DNA of 64,000 nucleotides from Malacoraja senta (Eukaryota). How positions within the stretch are numbered: the first letter of the stretch is position 1; the number at the start of each line of letters is the position of its first letter. Location of the stretch: positions 23,004,001 to 23,068,000 of the forward strand of contig CM075987.1 of assembly GCA_038087875.1 (NCBI GenBank), written 5' to 3'. Below the pieces are notes generated by a model. That model saw nothing but the letters and a program-made list of their open reading frames with translations. It was not told the DNA's origin and searched no databases. Shown one piece after another: positions 1 to 13,302 of this stretch. The translations under genes were made by a program, and so were the position numbers.

Positions 1-1403
1 TTCTTTCCAGAGATGCCTGTCCCGCTGAGTTACTCCAGCTTTTTGTGTCTATCTTATGGTCATGTCCCCCCCCCCCCCCCCCCCGAATATGAGTCAATAT
101 AGAACAGTACAGCACAGGAACAGGCCCTGTGACTCACACTGTCTGTCCTGAACATGATGCCAAGTTTTATAGATTATATCCTGCATTACCACTGCAGTCG
201 AAGACCCCCAGAATCCTCACAGCACAATAATTTAATAACAAGGAACTGCAGATGCTGGTTTACCAAAGAAAGACACAACATGCTGGAGTAACTCAACGGG
301 TCAGGCAGCATCTTTGGAGAACAGGGCTAAGTGATGACCCCCAAATGTCAACAATATTAACATAAAACAGTACAGCACAGGAACGGGCTCGTCGACCCAA
401 GATGCCTAGTTCAGCTGATCTATATCCCTCTATTCCCTGCACTTCCATTGCCTATCTAAAAACCTCTTAACCACCACTATGGTACCTGCCTCCACCACCA
501 CCCTCTGTGTAAAAGAACTTGCCCCACACTTCCCCATTAAACTTTCCCTCTCTCACCTTACAGCTACACCCTCTAGTGTAGACATTTCCATCTTGGAACA
601 AAAATGATTCTGAGTGTCTACCCTATCTATCCCTCTCATGATTTTAATTACTTCTATCGGGTATCCCCTCAACCTCTGACGTTCCAGAGATGCTGCCTGA
701 CCTGCCGAGTTATTCCAGCATTTTGTTTCTTCCTTGCCTCCAATAATTTCTGCCCCAAGTCCTTTCTCAGTTCCGTTGAAACGTTCTGGGCTAAGATCCT
801 TTGGCTCTGCTGCCTTTATCCCGTTCTTTATTATCTGGGCCACCCCATCCTTCCTCTTCCATTTTGCCCTTTTCTTATAAGAGTTAAATATGCAAGAATT
901 GCCACAGAAAGCTGTGGAGGCAAAGTCAGTGGATATATTTAAGGCAGAGACAGGTAGATTCTTGATTAGAACAGGTGTCAGAGGCTATGGGAGAAGGTAG
1001 GAGAATGGGGTTAGGTTGGAGAGATAGATCAGCCTTGATTGAATGGCAGAGCAGACTTGATGGGCGGAATGGTCTAATTCTGCTCCCATCACTTATGAAC
1101 TTTTAATTACCAACAATGGTCACATCTGGTGACAACCACATCTGTAACAGCTGGTTGAACATTTATGCACAACTTCCCGTCCAATCCTTATCTCCCACAC
1201 TGCTCCCACCAGTACACACTGCAGACAGGGCAGGAACCCAGGGATCACCCTAGGACAATGTACAGTCTGAGAGGAGATGGGTGGGCAGGATGGGCTGAAT
1301 AACCATTAGCTTCAGTAATGGGCTTAATATTAAGTAGATATTTAATGTTTTACAATCGTTTCCAATAAGTTTCATTTTTGTTGCCTGACAACGTACACTG
1401 TAG

Positions 1404-2475
1404 ATCCCGACCTCTTAATCCGATATATCGTACAACCAACCAAATCTATGGGAGTCAGCAGCCGACTGTTCATGAAATGCCGGTAAGCAAAGTAATCTCT
1501 GACATTAGCTGCTTTACTGTGGTGTCTGGTAATGTTTTAATAATCTATTGAAGTCAACTGTCCAATTTCAGATTCATAATTTATCGAACGGATACCCCAG
1601 TGAGGGTCAGTGTGTGTGTGGGACCTGTACCCCAGTGAGGGTCAGTGTGCGAGTGTGTGGGACCTGTACCCCAGTGAGGGTCAGTCAGTGTGTGTGTGGG
1701 ATCTGTACCCCAGTGAGGGTCAGTGTGTGTGTGGGACCCGTACCCCAGTGAGGGTCAGTGTGTGTGGGACCTGTACCCCAGTGAGGGTCAGTGTGTGTGG
1801 GACCTGTACCCCAGTGAGGGTCAGTCAGTGTGTGTGTGGGACCTGTACCTCAGCGAGGGTCAGTGTGTGTGGGACCTGTACCCCAGTGAGGGTCAGTGTG
1901 TGTGTGGGACCCTTACCCCAGCGAGCGTCAGTCAGCGTGTGTGTGGGACTCTAACCCAATGCCCATGAAACCCATACTTGGGTAACAATCCAATACTGTA
2001 CACGCTTACTTTGCTGAGACTCACTTGCACCAGAACTTGTACCCAAGCAGAAGCCAATGTGCATGATATCTGTAGTTATTATTTTTCCAAAGGAGGCAAA
2101 ATCATTGATCTTCTGGGGATGTTGTTGAAGTGTTGGAGCTGGATTTTGGACCGGGATAGAAGGGGAATCTGCGTGATCACTGAGAGTTTGCTGCAGATTT
2201 AATGAGGAGCGGTGCCAGGCGAATGCTCAGGGTTGAATTCTATCTTTTCCCTCAGACTCATCCTAACCAATCTGTTCTTATTCCAGACCAGCTACTTTGC
2301 AATATCTCGGAAAATTTCTGATGATTTAAGTAAATGTGGGATGTACAGAGACAACGGATTTAACGTGGACCTGGAGAAAACGCTGGTCACTGGGCCAGAC
2401 AACCTGGTCAGGTTTCAGGACCGTCTGAACTTCCACCGCTCCTACCTGCAGAGCGGAACGTCAGACACGGAATAG
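1404..2475 (+). CDS. PIERCE1: Piercer of microtubule wall 1 (C9orf116), last two coding exons (1404-1482, 2287-2475); first exon is not in the window
   Basis: Exon 1404-1482 (tag|...|gtaag) encodes [26 protein letters not shown]. Exon 2287-2475 (ttccag|) encodes [39 protein letters not shown]...DRLNFHRSY...*. These match the recalled C9orf116 motifs YRTSNQAYGS.APTVHEMP, GMFRNN.LNV.LEKS.VTGPDN and DRLNFHPSY. ATTAAA at 2598-2603. Confidence 0.9.
1592..1950. repeat. Minisatellite, about 32-38 bp unit GGGACC(T/C)GTACCCCAGTGAGGGTCAG(TG)n, about 10 copies, in the PIERCE1 intron
   Basis: Directly visible tandem copies. The repetitive ORFs at 1548-1968 are artefacts of it. Confidence 0.95.
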
Positions 2476-4691
2476 TGGGTGCCATCGCCCGCTGCTTCCC
2501 AACGGATACTTCCCCCGCTGCCCGTTCTCTGCAGTAGTGGCTGCAATTACTGTGCATGTCCCTTACCTGACCCTGCAATTAATTTAAATTCAGTGTATTA
2601 AAAGTATTTGTTCAGAACTAGTATTATCTGGAGTTAGTATTTATTTTTAAACCATTGTAATTCCCTTGTATGTAGTCATTGCTCAAAGCCTAACAAAGCC
2701 ACCCTTCACTCCATGACTTAGTTTGTGAATTCAAGTCTTGCTCAAGGTTTGAACACCTAACGTACGCTGACACTTCCTCCGCAGCACCAAGGAAATCATG
2801 TACTTTGAGAGGGGTGGTGAGAGATGCTGGAACAGCAGTGCAACACTACACCATTAGATTAGTCCCGGGAAGATGTTGTACCATAGAAGCTGGGGCACTA
2901 CAGAGGAAGCGCCTCTTGGTCAGAAAGAAGGAGTGCATCAAAGTTGGGGCCATTATATTTCAGATAAACCCAATTTGTTTGTTTATGAACTAAGAGTTGT
3001 AGAGTCGTAGTGTGGAAACAGGCTCTTCGGCCCAACTTGCCCACCGACCATCATGTCCCATTTGCACGAATCCCACCTGCTTGCATTTAGCCCATACCTC
3101 TCTAAACCTGTCCTATCCATGTACATGGCCAAATGTTTCTTAAACATCGCGATAGCACCTGCCTCAACTACCTCCTCCGGAAGCTCATTCCATACACCCA
3201 CCACCCTTTATGTGAAAACGTTGCCCCTCGGCTCCACCAGTGCCGATATCAACCAGTTTAGAATCAGCCAATTTTGTTAACCGGTCCTTGCAGCCATCCT
3301 TGGATGACTGAAGTTTGACGTCTCCAGTCAGAAATTCCAGAAATTATAATGAGAAATTTTCAGTGTTTTCATTCTTCATTGTGCCAAGATAATGAGACAT
3401 CCTCAAATTCCCCATCCCATGCCATGTTTGAAATTGGATGACTCTCACGACACACAGTACTTGGAAGGCCTGCAAATAAAGCATCATAGTGTGTGTAGGT
3501 AGTGGAGTGGAACAGTAATGCCAGCTGTTTCTTCCAGCATTGCACCCCCCCCCCACCCCTACTCCCACCCCCACCCATCCTCTCTCCCCAAAAACAGGTG
3601 GAGCCATGAAGAGAACCCCAACTTCTTCACCACGTAGGAATAGGCCATTACAAACACCCACCCCCAGCGCTCGTTAATCTTGTGGGTCACTGACTTCACA
3701 ACAATGGTTTAACTTGAATGAGAATATATAGGATAAAAAGAACACAGAAGAAAGTCTCCGATTGAAATTTACTAACAATTTCAAAACGTTACACAACGTT
3801 ATTCTGCTGGTACAGCTCTTTAGATAGGGAAATAATTTTACTGAGCAAAATTCTCTTTTTTTAAAGAGGTCAAAACTCATGACACTAATACTGTGCCAAG
3901 TAATACTGTTGAGGATTCTGAGGTTAGTCATTCAGCTTCAAGGCAGTGTTGCGCTAAATCGCTTTCACCTTCAGACTTTTGCTGCTTGCCGTTCTCTTGA
4001 TGTTAAGCTCTTTGAAATTAAGAGTATATTAATGTTTCCTACATTAGGTTTCACTGTCCCTCTTGGTTGGTCAACTAAATGAAACTACTCATTACATTTA
4101 CACAGCACACACATCAGACAATGCCACGAGATCCCTGTTATTGACACTCACGGTGAAAAGCAATAACTAACCAAACAGCAATCAAAAGAAAGTCTCCATT
4201 TGAGAGGTGAAAATAGACAGCGGGTTGTTCAGCATCTGAAAGGGGGTAAAAAGATGTCGGGGAGGACGGTGAAGACACCCTGTCCCTAGGGGAACTTTGG
4301 AGAGAAGTTGGACTTTGAGCAAAGGATAACCAGCCTTACCCACTTCACCTGGCCTGGATTATGTTTGCTGTTGCCCTTCAATTGGCGAGACCAGGAGCAA
4401 AATATGTGGCAAGCAAGTCAGTGTTGTCCCCCTAAGCTGAACCCACCTGTGTGACAAATCCATCTCTCTCTCTCTCAGATGCTAGCGGGGCCGTCTAGTT
4501 CTGCAGCTACAACCTTACAGTTTCACATTAGTCTTTTGTACATTGACGCATTGCATCTTGTGAACAGTGTTAGTGGAGGCATGAGCAGTGCAGCGATGCT
4601 TTCACTTGTCTGTGTTGCTGCTCCGTTGGCGGTGAAGGTTTGTTCGCTGAGGACAGGGCCTTGGTCGATCTCACTTGCCCTGTCTCCCCCT

Positions 4692-7600
4692 TCACACAGG
4701 GTCCGGGGTGCCCGCTCTGTGGCCGTTCACCTGCGGCTGCAAGGCAGCGCTATTGATCGCAGCTCCGCCGTTGGCTTCTCCCGGTGCCGCTGCCGCGGCA
4801 GAGGGCACGGTTTCCGTTGCCATCTCCTCTTCCGGCATGAGCGGCCCCTCCTCCTCCTCCCGTCTCCGGTACGCCTCGCAGAGTGGGAGGTCAGCACCGT
4901 CCCACAGGCTGTAGCTTGCCACGAACAAAGATGGCGTAAGAAAGAAGAGCAACGGATGTAAGAACGAGTCAAGAGTATGAGCAACAAAAAAAATAAAAAT
5001 AAAGGGAGTTAGTGACAAAGATAGGGAAGAACTTGCATTTCTGTTGTGCCTTTCAACAGCTCAGGACCTCCAACAGAATATCTTTAACACAGAAGCAGGA
5101 GGAGGCCATTTGGCCCTTCGAAGCTGATCTCCCTTTCAATAAATGAACATCCAAACTCAGTACCCTGTTCCTGCACTCTCCTCCTATCCCTTGACCCACC
5201 CATAACAACCACATCCATCTCCTTATTGACTATATTTAATGATTTGGCCTCCACTGAGAATCCAGGTCGCCCATTCTCTGATTGAAAATATTTCACCTCA
5301 TCTCAGCCCTACATGACCGCTCTGGTTCTGGACATCTCTGCCATTGAGAACATCTTTATTGCATGTGTCTATTCCAGTCAGAAACTTTTGTTTCAATTGG
5401 TCCTGGAGGCAGTGCAGCGAAGGTTTACAAGATTAATTCCTGCAATGAGGGGATTGACATATGAGGAAAGGTTAAGTAGGCTGGAACTCTACTCTTTGGA
5501 GTTTAGAAGAATGAGAGGCGATCTCATTGAAACATATAAGATCGTGAGGGGCCTTGATCGGGTGGATGCACCGAGGATGTTCCCAATGATCGGGGAAACT
5601 AGAACTAGGGGACATAATTGCAGAATAAGGGGGGGCTCTTTTAAAACTGAGATGAGGAAGAACTTCTTCACCCAGAGGGTGGTTAATTTATGGAATTCAC
5701 TGCCCCAGGGAGCAGTGGAAGCAGAAACATTAAATATATTTAAGTCTAAAATAGATGTTTTTTTAGCTGCCAAGGGGATAAGGGGCTACGGGGAGAGGGC
5801 AGGGATATGGACCTAGGTAGGGTTAGTATAGTAAGACCTGAGTGATCTCCTGGACAAGTGTCGATCGCCTGGATTGGGGTCGGAGAGGAATTTCCCGGAT
5901 TTTTTTCCCGAATTGGACCTGGGTTTTTATCCGTTTTTTTGCCTCCCCCAGGAGATCACGCGGTTCTTGGGGTGGAGAGGGGTGATAGCGGTATAAAGGG
6001 GAGGGTAGCGTCTTGTGTTCTGTGTCTTGTGTCTACTGTTTGTGGGTAGGGGTGTCTGTTTGGTGTTCAGCCATGAGCGAATGGCGGTGCGGGCTCGATG
6101 GACCTGGTGGTCTACTCTCGCACCTACTTTCTATGTTTCTATGTTTCTATGGTCCCCTCATTCTTCTCAACTCCAGCAAAGGTAAGCCCAATTGTCCCAA
6201 TCGCCTTTGATGTGCCAATCCTGAGCCTTATGCACCAGTCAATCCTAGGGCAATAGTCTGTTGAACCTTTGCTGCAGTCCCTCCATGGAAAGACAATCCT
6301 TTCTCAGACAGGGAGACCAAAACTGTACACAGCACTCAAGGTGTGATCTTTTACACCCAAGAGGCCTTCGACCCTCTCCCTGTGATACAAGTCATCAGAC
6401 AACAGTTGAACATTTCCGGCGACCTGCTGCGGCTATGACGGGTGCTGGCAGTCGCCGAAAAAAATCACGTAAGTGGGACAGGCCCTTAAGGCTCTGCATA
6501 AATGTTTGCTTTCTCAACCACCCTGCTGTATTTACATACTTACTTTCATCAACTGGTGTACACAAGAATGCTAATACCCACAGGTTCAGTCAGCAGTAGT
6601 AATTAGAAGTCAGCCAATTTAAGCACACAAACAGCAGTGCAATAATGGCCCACACGGTATTCTTTTTTTTGGACTTGTTGGTTAAGCAATAAATATTGGC
6701 CAGGTATCAATGTACCACTGCTATTGCTTAAATCAGTGCCATGAGAATCTTTTACACCCAAGAGGCCTTCAACCCTCTCCCTGTGATACAAGTCATCAGA
6801 CAACAGTAATAGTAGCAATAAAAGTTGACGTTTTCAAGACTCTGTGGGCTTCTTTGCAACTTTACCACCACAACTTCTGCCTAGAAGCTAATTACTTTTT
6901 TTAGAACGACAACTCTAAGAACTCAAACAACTCATCCAAAATAAACTACCACTGACAGTGCAGTGCCACCCTCAGTACTATACTGCTATTTTTTGCACAT
7001 ATCTTAGAAGCAAGAAGCTACTCACAGGGTTACAGCTAGACCTGGGGAACTGAAGGGTTCTTGTACATTCTCAGTGTCTTTCAAATTCAAGTGTTTTTCC
7101 CCCGTTCTCCCACTCTGTCTAAGTGACTGTTGCATCAAAGGCTCCAAACTAATGCAAGTTCTTGTGGAACGCGAGTTCTTTGTTAGAACGCAAGCTGTAA
7201 AACAGTACACTTCAGAGACCATATCAAATACCCCAGCTGGATTAGCACAGGTTAGATACATTTTAAAGCTCCGTCAACACTGTCCCACTGAAGCAGCAAC
7301 CCTCTCCCTATGATACAAGTCATCAGCAAACAGTAATAACACGGATAAAAGCTATCGTTTTCAACTTGTGGGCTTCTTTGTGAATTTACCACCACAACTT
7401 CTGCTTAAAAGCTTATTACTTTTTTTTTTTTTTTTAAGACAACTCTTAGAACAGTAACTCAATAGAAAGCAAATGGCAAGTGGGATGTTGGTAGAACTTA
7501 AATTAGATGAGGTGTAATTAAATGGAAACACAGAAATTGGAAATCAATAATCTGCATGTTTTAACTTTATTTAGGTAGTATATAAAATGTTGAATCTTTA

Positions 7601-10600
7601 ATGCAGGATGCTGGAATGTGTAACAGAATTAAGCATCCAGTCTAAATTATATATAAATTTTAAAATAAACAAGTACAGAAATAAAAACAACTTTCTTAAA
7701 ATGCTGGGAACAATGAACAAGGCACAAGATTTAAATGACAATTATTAAATGCAACATTCACCTGGACACCACTACTCGAAGGACCCATTAATTAAGGTAA
7801 GTTAAGGTTTCAGTCCGTGCTTTAAGATATTGTAGACCTCAGTGACAAAAAGCTTGAAAATTTAAAGAATGTGTTTCACTGAAATAGCATCAGCAATGCT
7901 TAGTTTAGTTTAGATACAGCTCGGAAATAGGCCCTTCGGCCCACCGAGTCCACACCGACCAGTGATCCCCACACACTAACACTATCCTACACACACACTA
8001 GGGACAATTTACTATTATATCAAGCCAATTAACCTACAAATGTGTTTGTGTTTGGAGTGTGGGAGGGAACCAGAGATCCCAAATTTACCGCTGACAGCGT
8101 AGTCGCGTATCTGTTTAATTTGCGCGTTTTTGAATTACGCACTGCTTTTCAAACACGCAACCTCCGTGTAAAGCGCGAGGTGTCTGCAATGGGAAAAGTA
8201 CCTGGAATGGCATGGAATACTGAGGGGCGTACAGCTCAGAACGCTGCAATATCACGGTGGCGCACTGTGCAGCAGGAGTTGTACGCACAGCATTACATTG
8301 GATGGACATTGAACATTCTTGGCCATGTGGCTCGTTTAAGGCTAATATTCTGTTAAGACGCCACTCGGATATGCCACAGGTATATGCGCGGCACAACACC
8401 GGAACAGAACGAGATGAGGAAGCAACTTGCAGCAGTTATAACAGTGGATAATCAGGCAATTGGTAGAACTGACATGAGTTACACAAGGAGTTCACAGCCA
8501 GTGATATGATGGGATGTAAAGCAGGTTCAATGCTTATAACACATGAATATCAGCACTGCTGGTAATATCGCCCATTTCAATGAGGAATGGATGAGGTTCT
8601 GAATTATACAGCTGTTCAATTTCAACAATTTTAACTTAGGAACGTTTTTTTTTCATTTCACAGCATACAAACAATATAAAAATATTTTATGATATAATAT
8701 AAAATGTTGCTGCAGTGATTATTATGTATTAAATGCTTTATGCCATTGATTATAGTTAAATTGAATTCCCTTTAATATACTGCTCATCTAAAAATGGAGT
8801 GTGGTATGTAACCGGCCTGTTTCTTCATGGCCACATTGTCATTGTACATCAAACTAACAAACATAGGACTACATCCCATCCACTAAAATGATGACACAGG
8901 AATATGTCACACATATCATTATAACGTCTGATAATAGGTTTAGTGCATAGGTAACGTGTAAGATTATATTATAGCAAGATATGTAAAATTCCAGTTTGTG
9001 CTTTAAAAAAAATCACATCATTGCATAAAATAGGGCAGGAAAATTCTGTCCAGAATCCAAAATGATTGCACTGGTTTGTTGGATAGTAGAGGGGCATTGC
9101 TTCTGCCTCAAGTGAAATGTGGGTTTTAAATTTCAATGCCCTTTGCACAAGGAGACAGGAATGGCAAACTAACAGGTGCTAGAGCAGTCAGGACGATCTT
9201 CAAAGTTGTATTAGTGACACCCCTTCTGCACGAGAATGCTTGAAGATTGACTAATTGGCAAACATCCTCAGCTGGGTTTGCTCCTCCAAGCAGGCTATTG
9301 GTACCCCACGGTTTCCATGTGAAGGATCAGTACATTTTGTTTAACAAGTCATGGTGTAAGAGGGGGTAGGGTTGCACAAGAGACCTTTCATGTGAGCAAC
9401 GTAAAAATGATTTCCCACTGTGGATCAGGAATTAATATCAGACAAGAGTTGGAATGAGGAAGAAATGTGTTAAAAAAATACAGCAGCTGCCCTGACCCTC
9501 ATATACAAGAGTCTACACAGAGCTAATAGGCACTGACTGGTATGGGTTGTAAAAGTACCCAGTGTTTTCCGATTGAGACTGTAGTCAGCTGATGATTGTG
9601 TATTGCAAAGGTGCTTCAAACAGCCCCAACCCGAACACAAAGTATAATATGCGGGAAAGAAAGAATATGCGGGAAAGAAAGATTTCCATTTCCAGGGCAT
9701 GACATAAAGAGATCGATAATAAACTGCATTATGGAAAGGGAGAGGGTTGAAGGCCTCTAGGGAGGAACTGTAGATGCTGGTTTAAACCCAAGACAGACAC
9801 AAAAATCTGGTGTAGCTCAGCGGATCAGGCAGCATCTCTGGAGAAAAGGAACGGGTGACGTTTCGGGTCGAGACCCACTGAGTTACTTTTTGTGTCTGCC
9901 TTTTGCATTATAGAAACAGTTGAAATAGACACCGCTTCTCATGTCAAGGAAATACACTGGTGCAATGGAATCAGGACTAGAATATTACAATGCAAAAACC
10001 TCAGCATGTTAAATTTGGCAATAGAAGAATATTATGTTGTGGGATTAAGAAAGTGTTACATCCTGAGGAGGTGAGACTGCGGAGTATGTCAGCGCCCCCG
10101 TTGCGGCTGCTCAGACACGTTCAAGGCTGAGTAAGGGTAGTCCTGTGCTATTTGTACCTGGAGGAGTAATATTCTTCTTCCAGCTCGTACAGGTCGATCG
10201 CAATCTCATCTCTCAGGGTGATCAGCTTCTTGTCACATTCTTCCTGCAGATTCCGGAGCTGCTGCTTCCGCTGGTTAATGGCTTCATTCACCGAAGGAAA
10301 GTCGTTCAGAATCAGGAACTGTTTAAGGTCCGACACCAACTTCATCAGAGACTCCCCGGCACGCACCTAAAGCAAGGCAGCAAAGAAAAGACCAGTGATA
10401 GACCAGTGTCAGAAGTTATGGGGAGAAGGCAGGAGAATAGGGTTAGGAGGGAGAGATAGATCAACCATGATTGAATGGCGGAGTAGACGCGATGGGCCGA
10501 ATGGTCTAATTCTACTCCTATCACTTATGATCTTCCGGGCCAATTTCTCTATGCATTACTCCCATAGTCTCTATGCATTACACCCATAGTGTCAAGACAA

Positions 10601-13302
10601 GTGAAGTCCTCCTGCATTAGGGATGTGGGCGAGGGAAGCTTGGACTAGGATGTGCAGTTAATTCCTTTTTTTTAAACTAACAGTTCAACATTCTGCTGGG
10701 AGGGATGTAGAAACAGAAAGCAGTCTTGCAACTGCTTGAAACTATTAACCAGAAACAGTTCGCTGAATATGTCGCATTATCAATCAGATATCATAAATTA
10801 ATCTCTCCACTCTTTTGTAATCCATATTCTTTACATAACAAAAATGAACCAATCTTGGCTTTAAAATTCTCAACTGATTTGTACCTTGTGCAAATTTCTG
10901 GGCTACAGGGTTCCACAATTTCACTAACTTTTGTGTGAAGGAGTGAGCACTTCCAGACATCATCCCTGAATAATCCAGTTAACTTTTTTAAAAATGGATT
11001 CCTCTCATTTCTTACTTTTCTATTACAAAATATTGTTCATATTCATAAATGACATGTAGCTCTTTAAAATAAGATCCCCAAACATAGAATGCAATTACAG
11101 GGTGGTGGATTTACATTGAAAGCTTCCATTAAGATAGTATAATGAAAATAAGTCAGGAATTGGATATTAGTTAATATTAAGATAACATTATCTGCCAAAT
11201 TGCTTTTAAGTATTAGTCCAAATCCTTACATAAAAATTTATGAATTCATCACAATTTAGAAGAGGAACGAATTCTAGCTTTCTAAGGTTCCAAAGATAAA
11301 GAGTAATATTGTGTTCAGCTGTAATAAAAACTGCTGGGGGATATTCAGTGGGCCAAGCAGCATATGTGATGACAGCATTGAGCTAATGTTTCACACCAAT
11401 GATTTTTAATCTGGTGCTGCTTTGTAATCCTCCCATTTCAGGTGTTTTTGATGATCAATTATTTAAAGTTTCCAGGATTCACTTGGAGTTTTATTGTTTA
11501 GTCTGGAACTTCCATTGAAGTCAGCTGCCCTGTCAGTGAAGGCAGAGGTGCCTCAGTCAACTTGACGGAGTCAGTCTGGGTGGAAATATTCTACATGAAG
11601 ACCTTGCTAAAGCAAATGATTCCTGTATTGCTCGTCGCTTCGTGAGTCATCATCAACAATATGCTTCCCCGAATCTTTAACCAAGGCTCGGCAAAAGAGG
11701 AGCACGGGTGAAGCTCGACAGACTTCGTACTGGAGTTGGGCGTTTCAATGCCAGCATGTGGAGATTGGGGTTCCGCCAGAGACCAGCCTGTGAATGCAGA
11801 GCAGAACAACAGACAGCCAACCATGTCATCTCTGAGTGCCCGCTCTACCACCCACCAATTGGAGCTCAGGGCCTGGCAGACATTGACGCAGAGACAACAA
11901 CCTGGCTGCTCAACACCCGGCTTGAGATCTAACTATTCCTTTGGTTTATTTATGTTTCATTCGCAAGAAGAAGAAGGCAAAAGTGTGCTAATCAAACTAA
12001 AGAGCGAGCCACACATGGAGATACGATAACCTGGATAAAAATCTATCAAACAGGCAGCTATTGGCGAAGCATGTTAAAGGTCAAAGGAGTCTAAAAAGGG
12101 AAATACCAGGAATATTTCATGGAATTTCTTCCCCAATATAAGAGCAAATGATATTTATGGAGATTGGTCCTTATGAGATTGATCAATGCTCATGGAACCT
12201 GAATCAGTGTGGGTGTGGGACCCGTACCCCAGTGAGGGTCAGTGTGTGTGGGACCCGTACCCCAGTGAGGGTCAGTGTGTGTGGGACACATACCAGAGCC
12301 AGAGCCCAAGAAGTGAGACAGAGAACAACGAAAACCATGCTGACAAAATTGTGCGTTTGAGCTCGTTGGTACGTACAATATTTGCTGCTCTCACGTGCAT
12401 CTCGTAGTGATCCTGCTCACACTGAGTTGCGCGGGAGACCTGTGTCTCATCTTCGACCTGCAAGATAAGATTCAGCTTTTAGTTCAGAGATTCTGGGAAT
12501 TCACATCAAGCCTGCAAGACCTGGTGGTTCTAGCTAGCTGGCAGCTTGCTACTTCTTAGGTCAATGAATAGTGAAACAAGGTTCACCCCTCATTCACATC
12601 ACTGTAAACCAGCAACTCAACCCATCAATGATCCGCATGAGAAAACAGCCGAGGTTCACGGCTGATCTGTCCCTCTTACCCAAATCCCCATCACCCTCAA
12701 TTCCCATAATAAATAATCCATCACAACATCTCTGGAGAGAAGGAATGGGTGATGTTTCGGGTCGAGACCCTTCTTCAGAAGGCCCAGACCCAAAACATCA
12801 CCCATTCCTTCTCTCCAGAGATGCTGCCTGTCCCGTTGAGTTACTCCAGCATTTTGTGTCTATCTTTGTTTTAAACCAGCATCTGCAGTTCTTTCCTACA
12901 CATTTCTCCTGGGTTGCAATCTCTTCTGTGCAGATCCCCCACACAGCATGGGACCCAACCTGTCAACCAGAGAGTCATAAAAATAGAGCATGCATACTGT
13001 GCAGTTAAATCCTCACAGTCCATGCATATAGATTTCAGACAACTACTCATGAAAATCTTGCCCAAGTGCATTTTAGAACCTTGATGCACCATTGAGGGGA
13101 AATAAATATCTTAAATGATGAATCTTAAGTTAAATGAACACCCGTGCACACAATTTGTTCCAGATTGATTGCAACATACCCGAGCACTTTTAATGATTTC
13201 TGTGAAGTTATCCAGAATAGATTTGATATCATCTTTCAACCTCTTGTTGTAGGACTGCAGCAGGAGCTCTTTACTTTGAGGCAGCGTCCGTTGCTGCGAC
13301 AT
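4692..13302 (-). CDS. MED22: Mediator subunit 22 (SURF5), long isoform: exons 13302-13180, 12457-12377, 10366-10158, 4914-4692
   Basis: [41 protein letters not shown] / [27 protein letters not shown] / [23 protein letters not shown]...[10 protein letters not shown] / [16 protein letters not shown]...*. All junctions are GT-AG and in phase. DLPLCEAY matches the recalled long human isoform. Confidence 0.9.
5401..6151 (+). mobile_element. CR1-type LINE 3' fragment (RT C-terminus plus 3' UTR with TTTCTATG tail), inserted into an older reverse-oriented CR1 fragment
   Basis: [16 protein letters not shown]...[25 protein letters not shown]...TRGH...[14 protein letters not shown] is the canonical CR1 ORF2 end. 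Confidence 0.9.
10148..13302 (-). CDS. MED22: MED22 short isoform ending ...[10 protein letters not shown] (reads through the donor at 10157)
   Basis: The third coding exon continues AG|GTACAAATAG to TAG at 10148-10150, the known SURF5A-type C-terminus (140 aa). Confidence 0.88.
11670..11975 (+). mobile_element. Non-LTR retrotransposon 3' fragment with C-terminal CCHC knuckle and (GAA)n tail
   Basis: Peptide [11 protein letters not shown]...ACEC...[11 protein letters not shown], followed by gaagaagaag. Clade (RTE-X/I-group-like) not determined. Confidence 0.65.
12200..12292. repeat. Short array of the same GGGACCCGTACCCCAGTGAGGGTCAG(TG)n minisatellite, in a MED22 intron
   Basis: About 2.5 units matching the 1592-1950 array. 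Confidence 0.9.

Noticed and set aside
1548..1968. Cys/Trp-rich repetitive ORFs; CRISPR-like appearance
   Set aside because: Translation of a minisatellite inside an intron. There are no unique spacers and the context is eukaryotic.
4479..4987. Several overlapping 80-160 aa ORFs
   Set aside because: Shadows of the GC-rich MED22 last exon; only the minus frame 4914-4692 has a splice site and homology.
8090..8450. CpG-containing patch with short ORFs
   Set aside because: No recognisable domain or splice structure; possibly a transposon remnant, but I cannot support a call.
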